A DNA stretch of 63,979 bases, filler included, from an uncultured bacterium (lineage in GTDB: Bacteria > CAZDME01 > JAYEMH01), in NCBI GenBank assembly GCA_964506785.1. It is 5 parts of 5 records of this genome, joined end to end, with 100 filler letters (N's around TTAATTAATTAA, not from the genome) between each part and the next. Parts side by side here need not be neighbours in the genome. Positions count along the whole stretch, not along the records: positions 43,882 to 58,128 come from CAZDME010000036.1; positions 58,229 to 63,979 come from CAZDME010000070.1; 3 more parts are not named here. One strand, 5' to 3'. The notes beneath the pieces are model-generated. The model saw nothing but the letters and a program-made list of their open reading frames with translations, ran no database searches and was not told where the DNA came from. Positions 57,273-63,979 of this stretch are shown in pieces (within the stretch, counting starts at the first letter, position 1; each line of letters starts with the position of its first letter). The position numbers and the translations under genes were made by a program.

Positions 57273-58058
57273 CTATCTATTATTTTCTTTAAATATATTT
57301 TCTGCTTCTTTGACACTGGCTTTTTTATGGACAATTGCCCGCAGGGCTTTGGCCATAGCTACCGGATGAACGTTTTGCCAGACATTCCTTCCCAGATTGA
57401 TACCGATGGCCCCTTTTTGCATGCCGTCGTGAACAAATTGAAAAACCTCAGCTTCAGTTTTACATTTTGGCCCCCCGGCGACGATAACCGGAATGGGACA
57501 GCCTTCTATTACCTTCTCAAAGTCTTCACACCAATAGGTTTTAACCACCCGGGCGCCGAGCTCGGCGGCAATCCGGCAGCATAAAGCCAGATAACGGGCA
57601 TCTCGTTTTTCCATCTCTTTACCCACGGCCGTAACCGCCATTACCGGGATGCCGTAATTTTCGCAGTCATTAACCATTTTTGCTAAATTCAAAAGTGTCT
57701 GCCGCTCATAGTCACTACCGATAAAAACGGATACCCCTACTGCCGAGACGTTAAGACGGATAATTTCTTCAATTGAGGTGGTAAGCGCTTCATTGGCCAA
57801 GTCCTTTCCCACCATACTGGTGCCGCCGGACACCCGTAAAACAATGGGTTTACTTTTGACCGCATCGATACAGGAACGCAGCACCCCCCTGGTGCAAAAA
57901 AGGGCGTCAACATAAGGAAGAAGCGGCTTTATTGTCTCACCCGGCTTTTCTAATGATCGGGTGGGCCCCTGGAAATATCCGTGGTCGATGGGCATAAAAA
58001 AACAACGCCCGCCCGGTATAAGTTTACTCAGTCTATTTTTCATTCCCCAATCCATCAC
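57273..58058 (-). CDS. lsrF: LsrF-like class I aldolase/thiolase
   Basis: MDWGMKNRL, DHGYFQGP, AAELGA..VKTY, AGGPK, GRNVWQ. Confidence 0.85.
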   Translation of the reverse strand: MMDWGMKNRLSKLIPGGRCFFMPIDHGYFQGPTRSLEKPGETIKPLLPYVDALFCTRGVLRSCIDAVKSKPIVLRVSGGTSMVGKDLANEALTTSIEEIIRLNVSAVGVSVFIGSDYERQTLLNLAKMVNDCENYGIPVMAVTAVGKEMEKRDARYLALCCRIAAELGARVVKTYWCEDFEKVIEGCPIPVIVAGGPKCKTEAEVFQFVHDGMQKGAIGINLGRNVWQNVHPVAMAKALRAIVHKKASVKEAENIFKENNR

Positions 58059-58073
58059 AATTACCTCCTTTTA

Positions 58074-58128
58074 CCGTTATCTCGCTATTACTATTTACCA
58101 TTTACGATTCACCATTCACCAATTTAAT
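58074..58128. repeat. Heptamer array at contig end
   Basis: cgttatc-tcgctat-tactatt-taccatt-tacgatt-caccatt-caccaat. Confidence 0.8.
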
Positions 58129-58228
58129 NNNNNNNNNNNNNNNNNNNNNNNNNNNNNNNNNNNNNNNNNNNNTTAATTAATTAANNNNNNNNNNNNNNNN
58201 NNNNNNNNNNNNNNNNNNNNNNNNNNNN
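58129..58228. other. Artificial contig linker
   Basis: N44-TTAATTAATTAA-N44. Confidence 0.99.
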
Positions 58229-58237
58229 TTGACACTA

Positions 58238-59503
58238 TTAAAGTTTAACTTCCTGAATTTTACTAGAGTCTAAAATAAATTTCAAAGTTTTATTTTGCCG
58301 GAGGTGCTCAATAAAACCTCCGTCGGACTCCTCCAGGGTATCCTTTTTATTCGAATATCGATTTATTTTCTTTAATTCTTCCCGGGCCTCTTCCGGGCTT
58401 ACAATAATATTCTCCTTCTCAGCAATTGCCTCTAAGATTAAGGCCAGTTTCACCTCATCTCCGGCTTTTTTCTCTGCCTCTTCATTGAGCTTTTTCTCCT
58501 CTTCTTTTATTTTCTGCTCACTAAAACCGAGCTCTTTCAAACGATGCAAGGTATACTCCAGGAGAATCCCTTTCCTCCTTTCGACTAAAGAATAAGGCAG
58601 GGGAAAATCGGTTGACTCAAGCAATTGCTTAATTACTTCATCCTTTGTCTTTCTCTCAGACTCGGAATCTTTCCAATTCTTTAGACGTTTCTTTATTTTC
58701 TCTTTCAAATCGAGGAGATCACGGCAATCTTTGATGCGCCGGGCCAATTCGTCATTTATCGCAGGCAGCTTTTTTTCTCTGATTTCTTTCAGGGTAATAT
58801 GAAAACCGGCTTTTTTGTTTTGAAACTCCGGAGAAGGATAGTCAGCGGGGAGATTAATCTCGAGTATTCTTTTTTCATTGATTTTCAGCCCGAAAAGCTC
58901 CTTGTCAGACCCGGGTCCAAAAAAATCCTTTCCTATTTCGAGATTTAAATCTTTATTTTTCCCTCCGGGGATAAGTTTACCTTCAACATACATTTCTAAA
59001 TCTACGATAGCCAAGTCTCCTTTTTGCAAAGGCCGGGTATCTATTGAATTAAAAGTGGCCATCTTTTCCTGGACATTTTTAATTTCATTATCCAATTCGG
59101 ATTCAGTAATTTCAAAAATCTCCTTTTTCGCTTTCAGCCCTTTATAGTGACCTAATTTTATCTCCGGACGCACCTCTACCTTAGCTTCGAAAATAAGCGG
59201 AGCGGACGGTTTCCAATTTACCTGAGAAATTTCCGGATCCCCCACCGGCCAAAGATGCGTCTCCTTCAAAGCAGCGACATAGTTAGAAGGGATTATATTC
59301 TTAAGCAGTTCATCTTCGATATCTTTCCCATAACGGCTTAAAAGCAATTCCCGCGGAACTTTTCCCAATCTGAAACCAGGCAGGGCGGCATTTTTTTGAA
59401 AGCGGTTTAAAACTTTTTCGAATTCCTCCTGCATGGTTGTTTCGGAAACCTCTACCTTCAAGATTCTCTGACAGGCGTCAATTTTTTTAATCTGAGTTTT
59501 CAT
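58238..59503 (-). CDS. tig: Trigger factor
   Basis: Ribosome-binding motif PGFRLGKVP, FKBP domain, preceded by tRNAs. Confidence 0.93.
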   Translation of the reverse strand: MKTQIKKIDACQRILKVEVSETTMQEEFEKVLNRFQKNAALPGFRLGKVPRELLLSRYGKDIEDELLKNIIPSNYVAALKETHLWPVGDPEISQVNWKPSAPLIFEAKVEVRPEIKLGHYKGLKAKKEIFEITESELDNEIKNVQEKMATFNSIDTRPLQKGDLAIVDLEMYVEGKLIPGGKNKDLNLEIGKDFFGPGSDKELFGLKINEKRILEINLPADYPSPEFQNKKAGFHITLKEIREKKLPAINDELARRIKDCRDLLDLKEKIKKRLKNWKDSESERKTKDEVIKQLLESTDFPLPYSLVERRKGILLEYTLHRLKELGFSEQKIKEEEKKLNEEAEKKAGDEVKLALILEAIAEKENIIVSPEEAREELKKINRYSNKKDTLEESDGGFIEHLRQNKTLKFILDSSKIQEVKL

Positions 59504-59522
59504 TTCCTAAACCTGATAGTTT

Positions 59523-59597
59523 TGGAGCGGGTGATGGGATTCGAACCCACGACATCTACCTTGGCAAGGTAGCGCTCTACCGCTAAGCTACACCCGC
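59523..59597 (-). tRNA. tRNA-Gly(GCC)
   Basis: CTACC-TTGCCAA-GGTAG, TCCA end. Confidence 0.95.
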
Positions 59598-59612
59598 TTT
59601 CTCGTCGGAATA

Positions 59613-59698
59613 TGGTGCGGACGGGGAGACTTGAACTCCCACCCCTCATCGGGACTAGATCCTAAATCTAGCGCCTATGCCAATTCGGCTACGTCCGC
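59613..59698 (-). tRNA. tRNA-Leu(TAG)
   Basis: CTAGA-TTTAGGA-TCTAG, variable arm, ACCA. Confidence 0.95.
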
Positions 59699-59723
59699 AT
59701 CCGTATTGAACGGAATACGGCTC

Positions 59724-59800
59724 TGGTGCCCGCACAAGGAATCGAACCTTGAACCTCGCGCTTAAGAGGCGCTTGCTCTGCCAGATTGAGCTATGCGGGC
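59724..59800 (-). tRNA. tRNA-Lys(CTT)
   Basis: GCGC-CTCTTAA-GCGC, ACCA. Confidence 0.93.
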
Positions 59801-59899
59801 GGAACCTTGATTTTATCAATTTATATTTTAAAAATCAACTAAATAAACCGCAAAAAAACCTTGTTATTTAATAAAAGCTTACGAGCTATGAGCCAAAGG

Positions 59900-60871
59900 C
59901 TATATCTCGCCGACGATTTCTTCAACAATATCTTCTAAAGTAACTATGCCCAGGGGTTTTTGGGACCGGTTTACGACTAATGCCATCGTCTGCCTTTCTT
60001 TTCTCAATTGAGAAAGCAGGCGGTCTATGGATGTATCCTCTAAAACCGGCAAAATCGGGCGGACAAAATCACCTAATCTGGTTTTATTCCCATCCGTCTC
60101 ATAGAGTAAATCATAAATGTTAGTTAAACCGACTATATTGCTGCCTTTCCCTTGAAACACAGGATAGCGAGAAAATCTTTTTACCCCGGCAAGCTCTTTT
60201 ACTTTTGATAAAGAAGTGTTTACCTCAATGGAGGTCACATCGGATAAATCCACCATTATATCTCTCACCAGAGTAGTGCCAAAATCAAAAACCTGATAAA
60301 TCATCTTTCGCTCATCCGGTTCCACTACTCCTTCTCTGGCACTTTCTTCCACTAAAAATTTTAACTCCTCCTTGGTAACAAAAGGGCTTTTGGTTGTTTT
60401 TTTGCCTCCAAACGGCTTGAGAATCAAACGGGGAAATAAATTAATCGTTTTAACCAGAGGGGAAAGCAGAATAAACGACCCCTTAAGAACGGGAAAAATT
60501 GCCAGGATTATCCGGTCAGCATGCTGGCGGAATAAACTTTTAGGAATAATTTCGCTAAAAACAAGAATCAAAGGAGTAAGGATGATTGTGCTAATTAAAG
60601 CTCCCCGGGCGGCAAAATATTTAATTGCCCAGGAAGTTGCCAGGGCTGAAGCAACAATAACCGAAACATTGGTTCCAACCAAAGTGCTGCTTAAAAAATA
60701 TTCGGGGTTTTTCAGAAATCCCTGTAATAATAGCGCTTTCTTTACTTTAGAATCAACCAAGCTTCTAAGACGCAACCTGTTCAAGGAAATAATTCCTGTC
60801 TCCACTCCAGAAAAAAATCCAGCAAATATAATGCAAAAAAAGACTGCTGTCAGGTAGCCAAAGGTTTCCAT
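59900..60871 (-). CDS. CNNM/DUF21-CBS protein lacking the CorC domain
   Basis: FFSGVETG, LVGTN, SEIIPK, CBS pair, ends TLEDIVEEIVGEI. Confidence 0.9.
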   Translation of the reverse strand: METFGYLTAVFFCIIFAGFFSGVETGIISLNRLRLRSLVDSKVKKALLLQGFLKNPEYFLSSTLVGTNVSVIVASALATSWAIKYFAARGALISTIILTPLILVFSEIIPKSLFRQHADRIILAIFPVLKGSFILLSPLVKTINLFPRLILKPFGGKKTTKSPFVTKEELKFLVEESAREGVVEPDERKMIYQVFDFGTTLVRDIMVDLSDVTSIEVNTSLSKVKELAGVKRFSRYPVFQGKGSNIVGLTNIYDLLYETDGNKTRLGDFVRPILPVLEDTSIDRLLSQLRKERQTMALVVNRSQKPLGIVTLEDIVEEIVGEI

Positions 60872-60872
60872 G

Positions 60873-62105
60873 CTATTTTATCTCCAGAAGAATTTTTCTA
60901 ATTCTATTTTTCCCCATTTTTTTAATAGTAAAGGAAAAGTTTTTAAAAATAACTTTTTCATCCCTTTTGGGCATCCGCCCGAAAAGGGAAAATACGAATC
61001 CACCGATAGTATCGGCTTCATCTTCAGGTAAGTTTAAATTCAAGCGGCGGTTAATTCTGGAAAGCTCTAATTTACCGTCCAAAACTGCCGAGTTACTATC
61101 AATAATTTCGATTAGTTTTTCCCGAGGCTCAAATTCGTCCTGTATCTCGCCGACAATTTCTTCAAGGATATCTTCCAGGGTAACCAGCCCGGCGGTCCCC
61201 CCGTATTCATCGACTACAATGGCTATTCGTAAATTTTGTTTCTGAAATTCCTTAAGTAATTCATCGATTTTTTTAGTTTCCGGGATAAAAACCGCCGGTT
61301 CCATTAAACCGGCAATATCCTTCTTTTCAGAAAGAAGATAATCTTTGGTATGGATAATGCCGGCAATATCATCCAATTTTTTCCGGTAAACCGGCAGGCG
61401 AGCGTGTTTTGCCTCCCGCATTAAGTTGATTACGCTTTCCGAAGGGCTATTTATCTCCAAAGCAACCATATCAACCCGGGGAACCATAATTTCGCTCGCC
61501 TCGGTATCTCCAAATTCAAAAACGCTGTAAATCATTGCCTCCTCGGTTGCTTTTACTACCCCTTCCCTTTTACCAATCTTAATCAGATTCTGAAGTTCTT
61601 TTTCTGTCAGATAAGGTTTTTTGAAAGAAGCCGTCCCGCCTAAACGGGAGATAAAAAAATCGGTAACATTTTTTAAAATATTTCGAATAGGAAGAAAAAT
61701 CTTAACAAAAAATTTAATCGGGTAAGCTGTTTCTAAAGATATCCGTTCCGCCTGCTGGACGGCATAGGTTTTAGGGGTTATCTCGCCAAAAACGATAATA
61801 CCGAAAGTCATCAAAGCAATGGCAAAGCTAATCCCTATTTCCCCAAAAACTTTAATTGCCATCAAGGTAGCCAGGGAAGTAGCGGCGACATTAACGAGCA
61901 TATTGCCAATGAGAATGGTGGTTAAAAGCTGATAGGGTTGAGTTAAAAGTGAGTTTATAAGCGCTCCCCGGTGGGCAAATTTCCTCTGCAGACGATGGAG
62001 CTGCAATTTACTTAAGGAAAAAAAAGCTGTCTCGGAGCCGGAAAAAAAGGCAGAAAGGCAGAGTAGTAGAAAAAGCAGCACCAGGCGGATTGATAATATT
62101 GACAA
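60873..62105 (-). CDS. CNNM/DUF21-CBS-CorC hemolysin-like protein
   Basis: FFSGSETA, GEITPK, VVDEYGGTAGLVTLEDILEEIVGEI, CorC_HlyC tail. Confidence 0.92.
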   Translation of the reverse strand: MSILSIRLVLLFLLLCLSAFFSGSETAFFSLSKLQLHRLQRKFAHRGALINSLLTQPYQLLTTILIGNMLVNVAATSLATLMAIKVFGEIGISFAIALMTFGIIVFGEITPKTYAVQQAERISLETAYPIKFFVKIFLPIRNILKNVTDFFISRLGGTASFKKPYLTEKELQNLIKIGKREGVVKATEEAMIYSVFEFGDTEASEIMVPRVDMVALEINSPSESVINLMREAKHARLPVYRKKLDDIAGIIHTKDYLLSEKKDIAGLMEPAVFIPETKKIDELLKEFQKQNLRIAIVVDEYGGTAGLVTLEDILEEIVGEIQDEFEPREKLIEIIDSNSAVLDGKLELSRINRRLNLNLPEDEADTIGGFVFSLFGRMPKRDEKVIFKNFSFTIKKMGKNRIRKILLEIK

Positions 62106-62205
62106 TTAAATCCCTCTATTTTTTATGGCACGTCATGTTAGAAATCTATTCCGCAAATCAGCTCTATGGGAAGTAGTAAGTAAAACTTACTTTCTATCTC
62201 TAAGA

Positions 62206-62282
62206 TGGCACGCCCGGAGGGGCTCGAACCCCCGACCTCTAGCTTCGAAGGCTATCGCTCTGTCCAACTGAGCTACGGGCGC
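62206..62282 (-). tRNA. tRNA-Arg(TCG)
   Basis: TAGC-CTTCGAA-GCTA, GCCA end. Confidence 0.93.
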
Positions 62283-62339
62283 ACAGTGTTTATTGTACCA
62301 AGATTGAGAATACTAATCAAGCAGGGCCTTTGGGTTTTA

Positions 62340-62490
62340 AATCATAGCTCCCGGCTGACCTTTCGATTTTGCTCAGGGCAGGTGGCTCATAGTAATTGTG
62401 TAATGTGTGATGTGTAATGTAAAAAAGCTAAGAGCTAAAAGCAAAGAGCCAAAATGGCTGATAGCTCATCGCTGATGGCTCTTAGACTAT
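62340..62490. repeat. Composite heptamer array, inverted copy of 31380-31470
   Basis: gtaattgtgtaatgtgtgatgtgtaatgtaaaaaagctaagagc (62392-62435) is the reverse complement of 31416-31466 minus one 7-mer, with one substitution. Confidence 0.85.
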
Positions 62491-62493
62491 CCT

Positions 62494-63294
62494 TTATTTT
62501 AAAGCTAATCCTTTGATTACCTTATGAGTAAGGCCTTCCCTGAGTTCTATTCTATCCGGATGATAAGCGATATATGTCGGCTTTATATGGTCTATCCAGG
62601 CGCCGCAATTGGCGTATATGCCTTTATCAATAACCTGAAGCTGACACCGGTGGGTATGACCAAAGATAACTATTCTGGCCCCTTTATTCAAGTGGTTCTT
62701 AACTGCCTGTTTAAACTCCCCAAAATGCCCGCCTCTTTTTATATATTCTTTTGTAGCCGGGGTAATCTTGTTTTTTACCGATATGGCTTCACGGAGAAAC
62801 TGAAAATTCTCCAAGGCTTTCTTTGTCCACTTATCAACACCCGGATAAAGCAATCTTTCTAAACTGGCCACAAATAGATTGAAACGTCTGCCTCGAGGCC
62901 ATCTAATCGACTGAAGAGGATTTTTGTATCGATTAAACATATCGTATTTATGGCCGTGCTCGGCGACAATACCAGCTTCATTATCGCGGTATTCTAAAGA
63001 TATTCCAAGACCTTCGTTAATAAATCTTTCGAAGGGTATGTAATCGTGATTGCCAATTACATAAGTTAGACCTATCTTACTCTTTAGCGATAAAAGTTTT
63101 CTGGCAATTTCACTATGCCTAAAAAGAACCCGGTCCAAATCAGCCTGCCATAACTCAAACAGGTCGCCTACGATGATTAGCTCTTCGGCTTCTTTTTCGA
63201 CGAATTTAAGAAACTCCAGAAATTCCTCATCGCGGTGAAAATCATCCGTCCTCGAACCATCACCTAAATGCAAATCGCTTATAAATATTTTCAT
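62494..63294 (-). CDS. Calcineurin-like metallophosphoesterase (LpxH-like)
   Basis: SDLHLG, VGDLFE, GNHD, EHGH, FGHTH, NCGAW. Confidence 0.88.
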   Translation of the reverse strand: MKIFISDLHLGDGSRTDDFHRDEEFLEFLKFVEKEAEELIIVGDLFELWQADLDRVLFRHSEIARKLLSLKSKIGLTYVIGNHDYIPFERFINEGLGISLEYRDNEAGIVAEHGHKYDMFNRYKNPLQSIRWPRGRRFNLFVASLERLLYPGVDKWTKKALENFQFLREAISVKNKITPATKEYIKRGGHFGEFKQAVKNHLNKGARIVIFGHTHRCQLQVIDKGIYANCGAWIDHIKPTYIAYHPDRIELREGLTHKVIKGLALK

Positions 63295-63389
63295 AAGCCG
63301 TTTTATTCCTAACTAATGACAGGAAAAATAAAAATTGAAAGTTTTTAACCGACAGAGATATCATCCCGCCTATGGCTAAATATAGTTCA

Positions 63390-63442
63390 CCCCGTTAGAA
63401 ATGACACTTTTTCTGTTGGTTAAACCATGCTTTCTAACGGGG
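63390..63442. mobile_element. MITE/REP-like element with 12-bp terminal inverted repeats
   Basis: CCCCGTTAGAAA...TTTCTAACGGGG; half copies at 12326-12336 and 31607-31619, degenerate copy at 62134-62207. Confidence 0.65.
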
Positions 63443-63524
63443 GAAAACATAATTTCATCCCATAGCAAAAAATCTTCAGGCCGCTGATAAGGCAAGCCTT
63501 AACCCTTACTGTCTGCTCCTCAGT

Positions 63525-63761
63525 TTAATCCATGTTTTTTAAGGCTTCCTGAATCAAAGGAAGGATACCAGCTACTTCATCCTTGTTCATTCTTCCTAAC
63601 TTGGCAAACCTGAACTCGCCCTGAGGGTCTCTATTTTCCCTGGCAATCTGCAGTTTCTTTGTGCCTTTGTTGTAAGAATAAACACTTACGGTTAAACGGT
63701 CTGTATCGGTTTCATGGGACTTTGAAAACAAACTTTCATCTAAACTTTTGTCATAAGGCAT
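63525..63761 (-). CDS. Small hypothetical protein, possibly PC4-like
   Basis: RLTVSVYSYNKG..KLQIARE...FAKLGRM + helix; AGGGAGG RBS. Confidence 0.7.
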   Translation of the reverse strand: MPYDKSLDESLFSKSHETDTDRLTVSVYSYNKGTKKLQIARENRDPQGEFRFAKLGRMNKDEVAGILPLIQEALKNMD

Positions 63762-63804
63762 GTCGATCCTCCCTGTTAAGTTAAAATACCGTATTAAAAG
63801 TGAT

Positions 63805-63979
63805 TTATTCGAATTCTACTACCGGGACATCCTTGACTCCCTCTTCAGCTTCAAAATATACCCTGGGTTTAACAAGACCTCTCAAACTGGTGAATAATCT
63901 TCCGAAAACAGTCCTCTGGTAGGTATTGAATCCCTGAACAGCTTGATTATATCTCATCCTTTCTACGGCAATCCTATTT
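63805..63979 (-). CDS. lemA: LemA-family protein, C-terminal part (runs off the window)
   Basis: Translated by hand: NRIAVERMRYNQAVQGFN...YFEAEEGVKDVPVVEFE*. Confidence 0.85.
   Translation of the reverse strand, partial: NRIAVERMRYNQAVQGFNTYQRTVFGRLFTSLRGLVKPRVYFEAEEGVKDVPVVEFE

Noticed and set aside
14786-58228. Repeated TTAATTAATTAA motif within N runs (four times)
   Set aside because: Identical 100-nt artificial linkers; not biological, and gene adjacency across them was ignored.
3362-62862. Many antisense or nested ORFs (e.g. 3362-3997, 54161-54610, 60372-60857, 51190-51564)
   Set aside because: Shadow frames of well-supported genes with no motifs or RBS.

Overview
The window is five unrelated contig pieces from a draft or metagenome-assembled genome of an AT-rich, apparently anaerobic bacterium. 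They are joined by artificial 100-nt N/TTAATTAATTAA linkers at 14786-14885, 29360-29459, 43782-43881 and 58129-58228. The complete contigs decrease in length (14474, 14322, 14247 bp), so adjacency across linkers means nothing. Contig 1 has a c-di-GMP-I riboswitch ahead of a secreted repeat protein, cysE-cysS, a surface-glycosylation cluster, a Cas4/AddB-like nuclease, tRNA-Val and speD. Contig 2 is a long co-oriented redox/metal/chaperone cluster (ferredoxin, Nudix, Trx-Grx fusion, lone groES, NrdG-like, CooT, CooC, two TsaA, ZIP, ldh, desulforedoxin, LOG, MATE, TspO). Contig 3 has a dockerin-like repeat protein, gyrA-archease-DUF4139-rtcB-four-helix-bundle-serS, pckA, four tRNAs, tadA and a B12 radical SAM enzyme. 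Contig 4 has an lsrF-like/ADH/aldolase sugar cluster, mfd, pdxA and argD-F-G-H. Contig 5 has tig, four tRNAs, two CNNM proteins, a metallophosphoesterase and part of lemA. The most notable unexplained structure is a set of period-7 (heptamer) tandem repeats. At two loci they form inverted arms around a four-helix-bundle (Avd/23S-IVP-like) gene, one intact and one decayed. They also occur as an empty hairpin, as solo arms at many gene junctions, and in frame inside cysS. Family names come from motif recognition only; no database searches were run.
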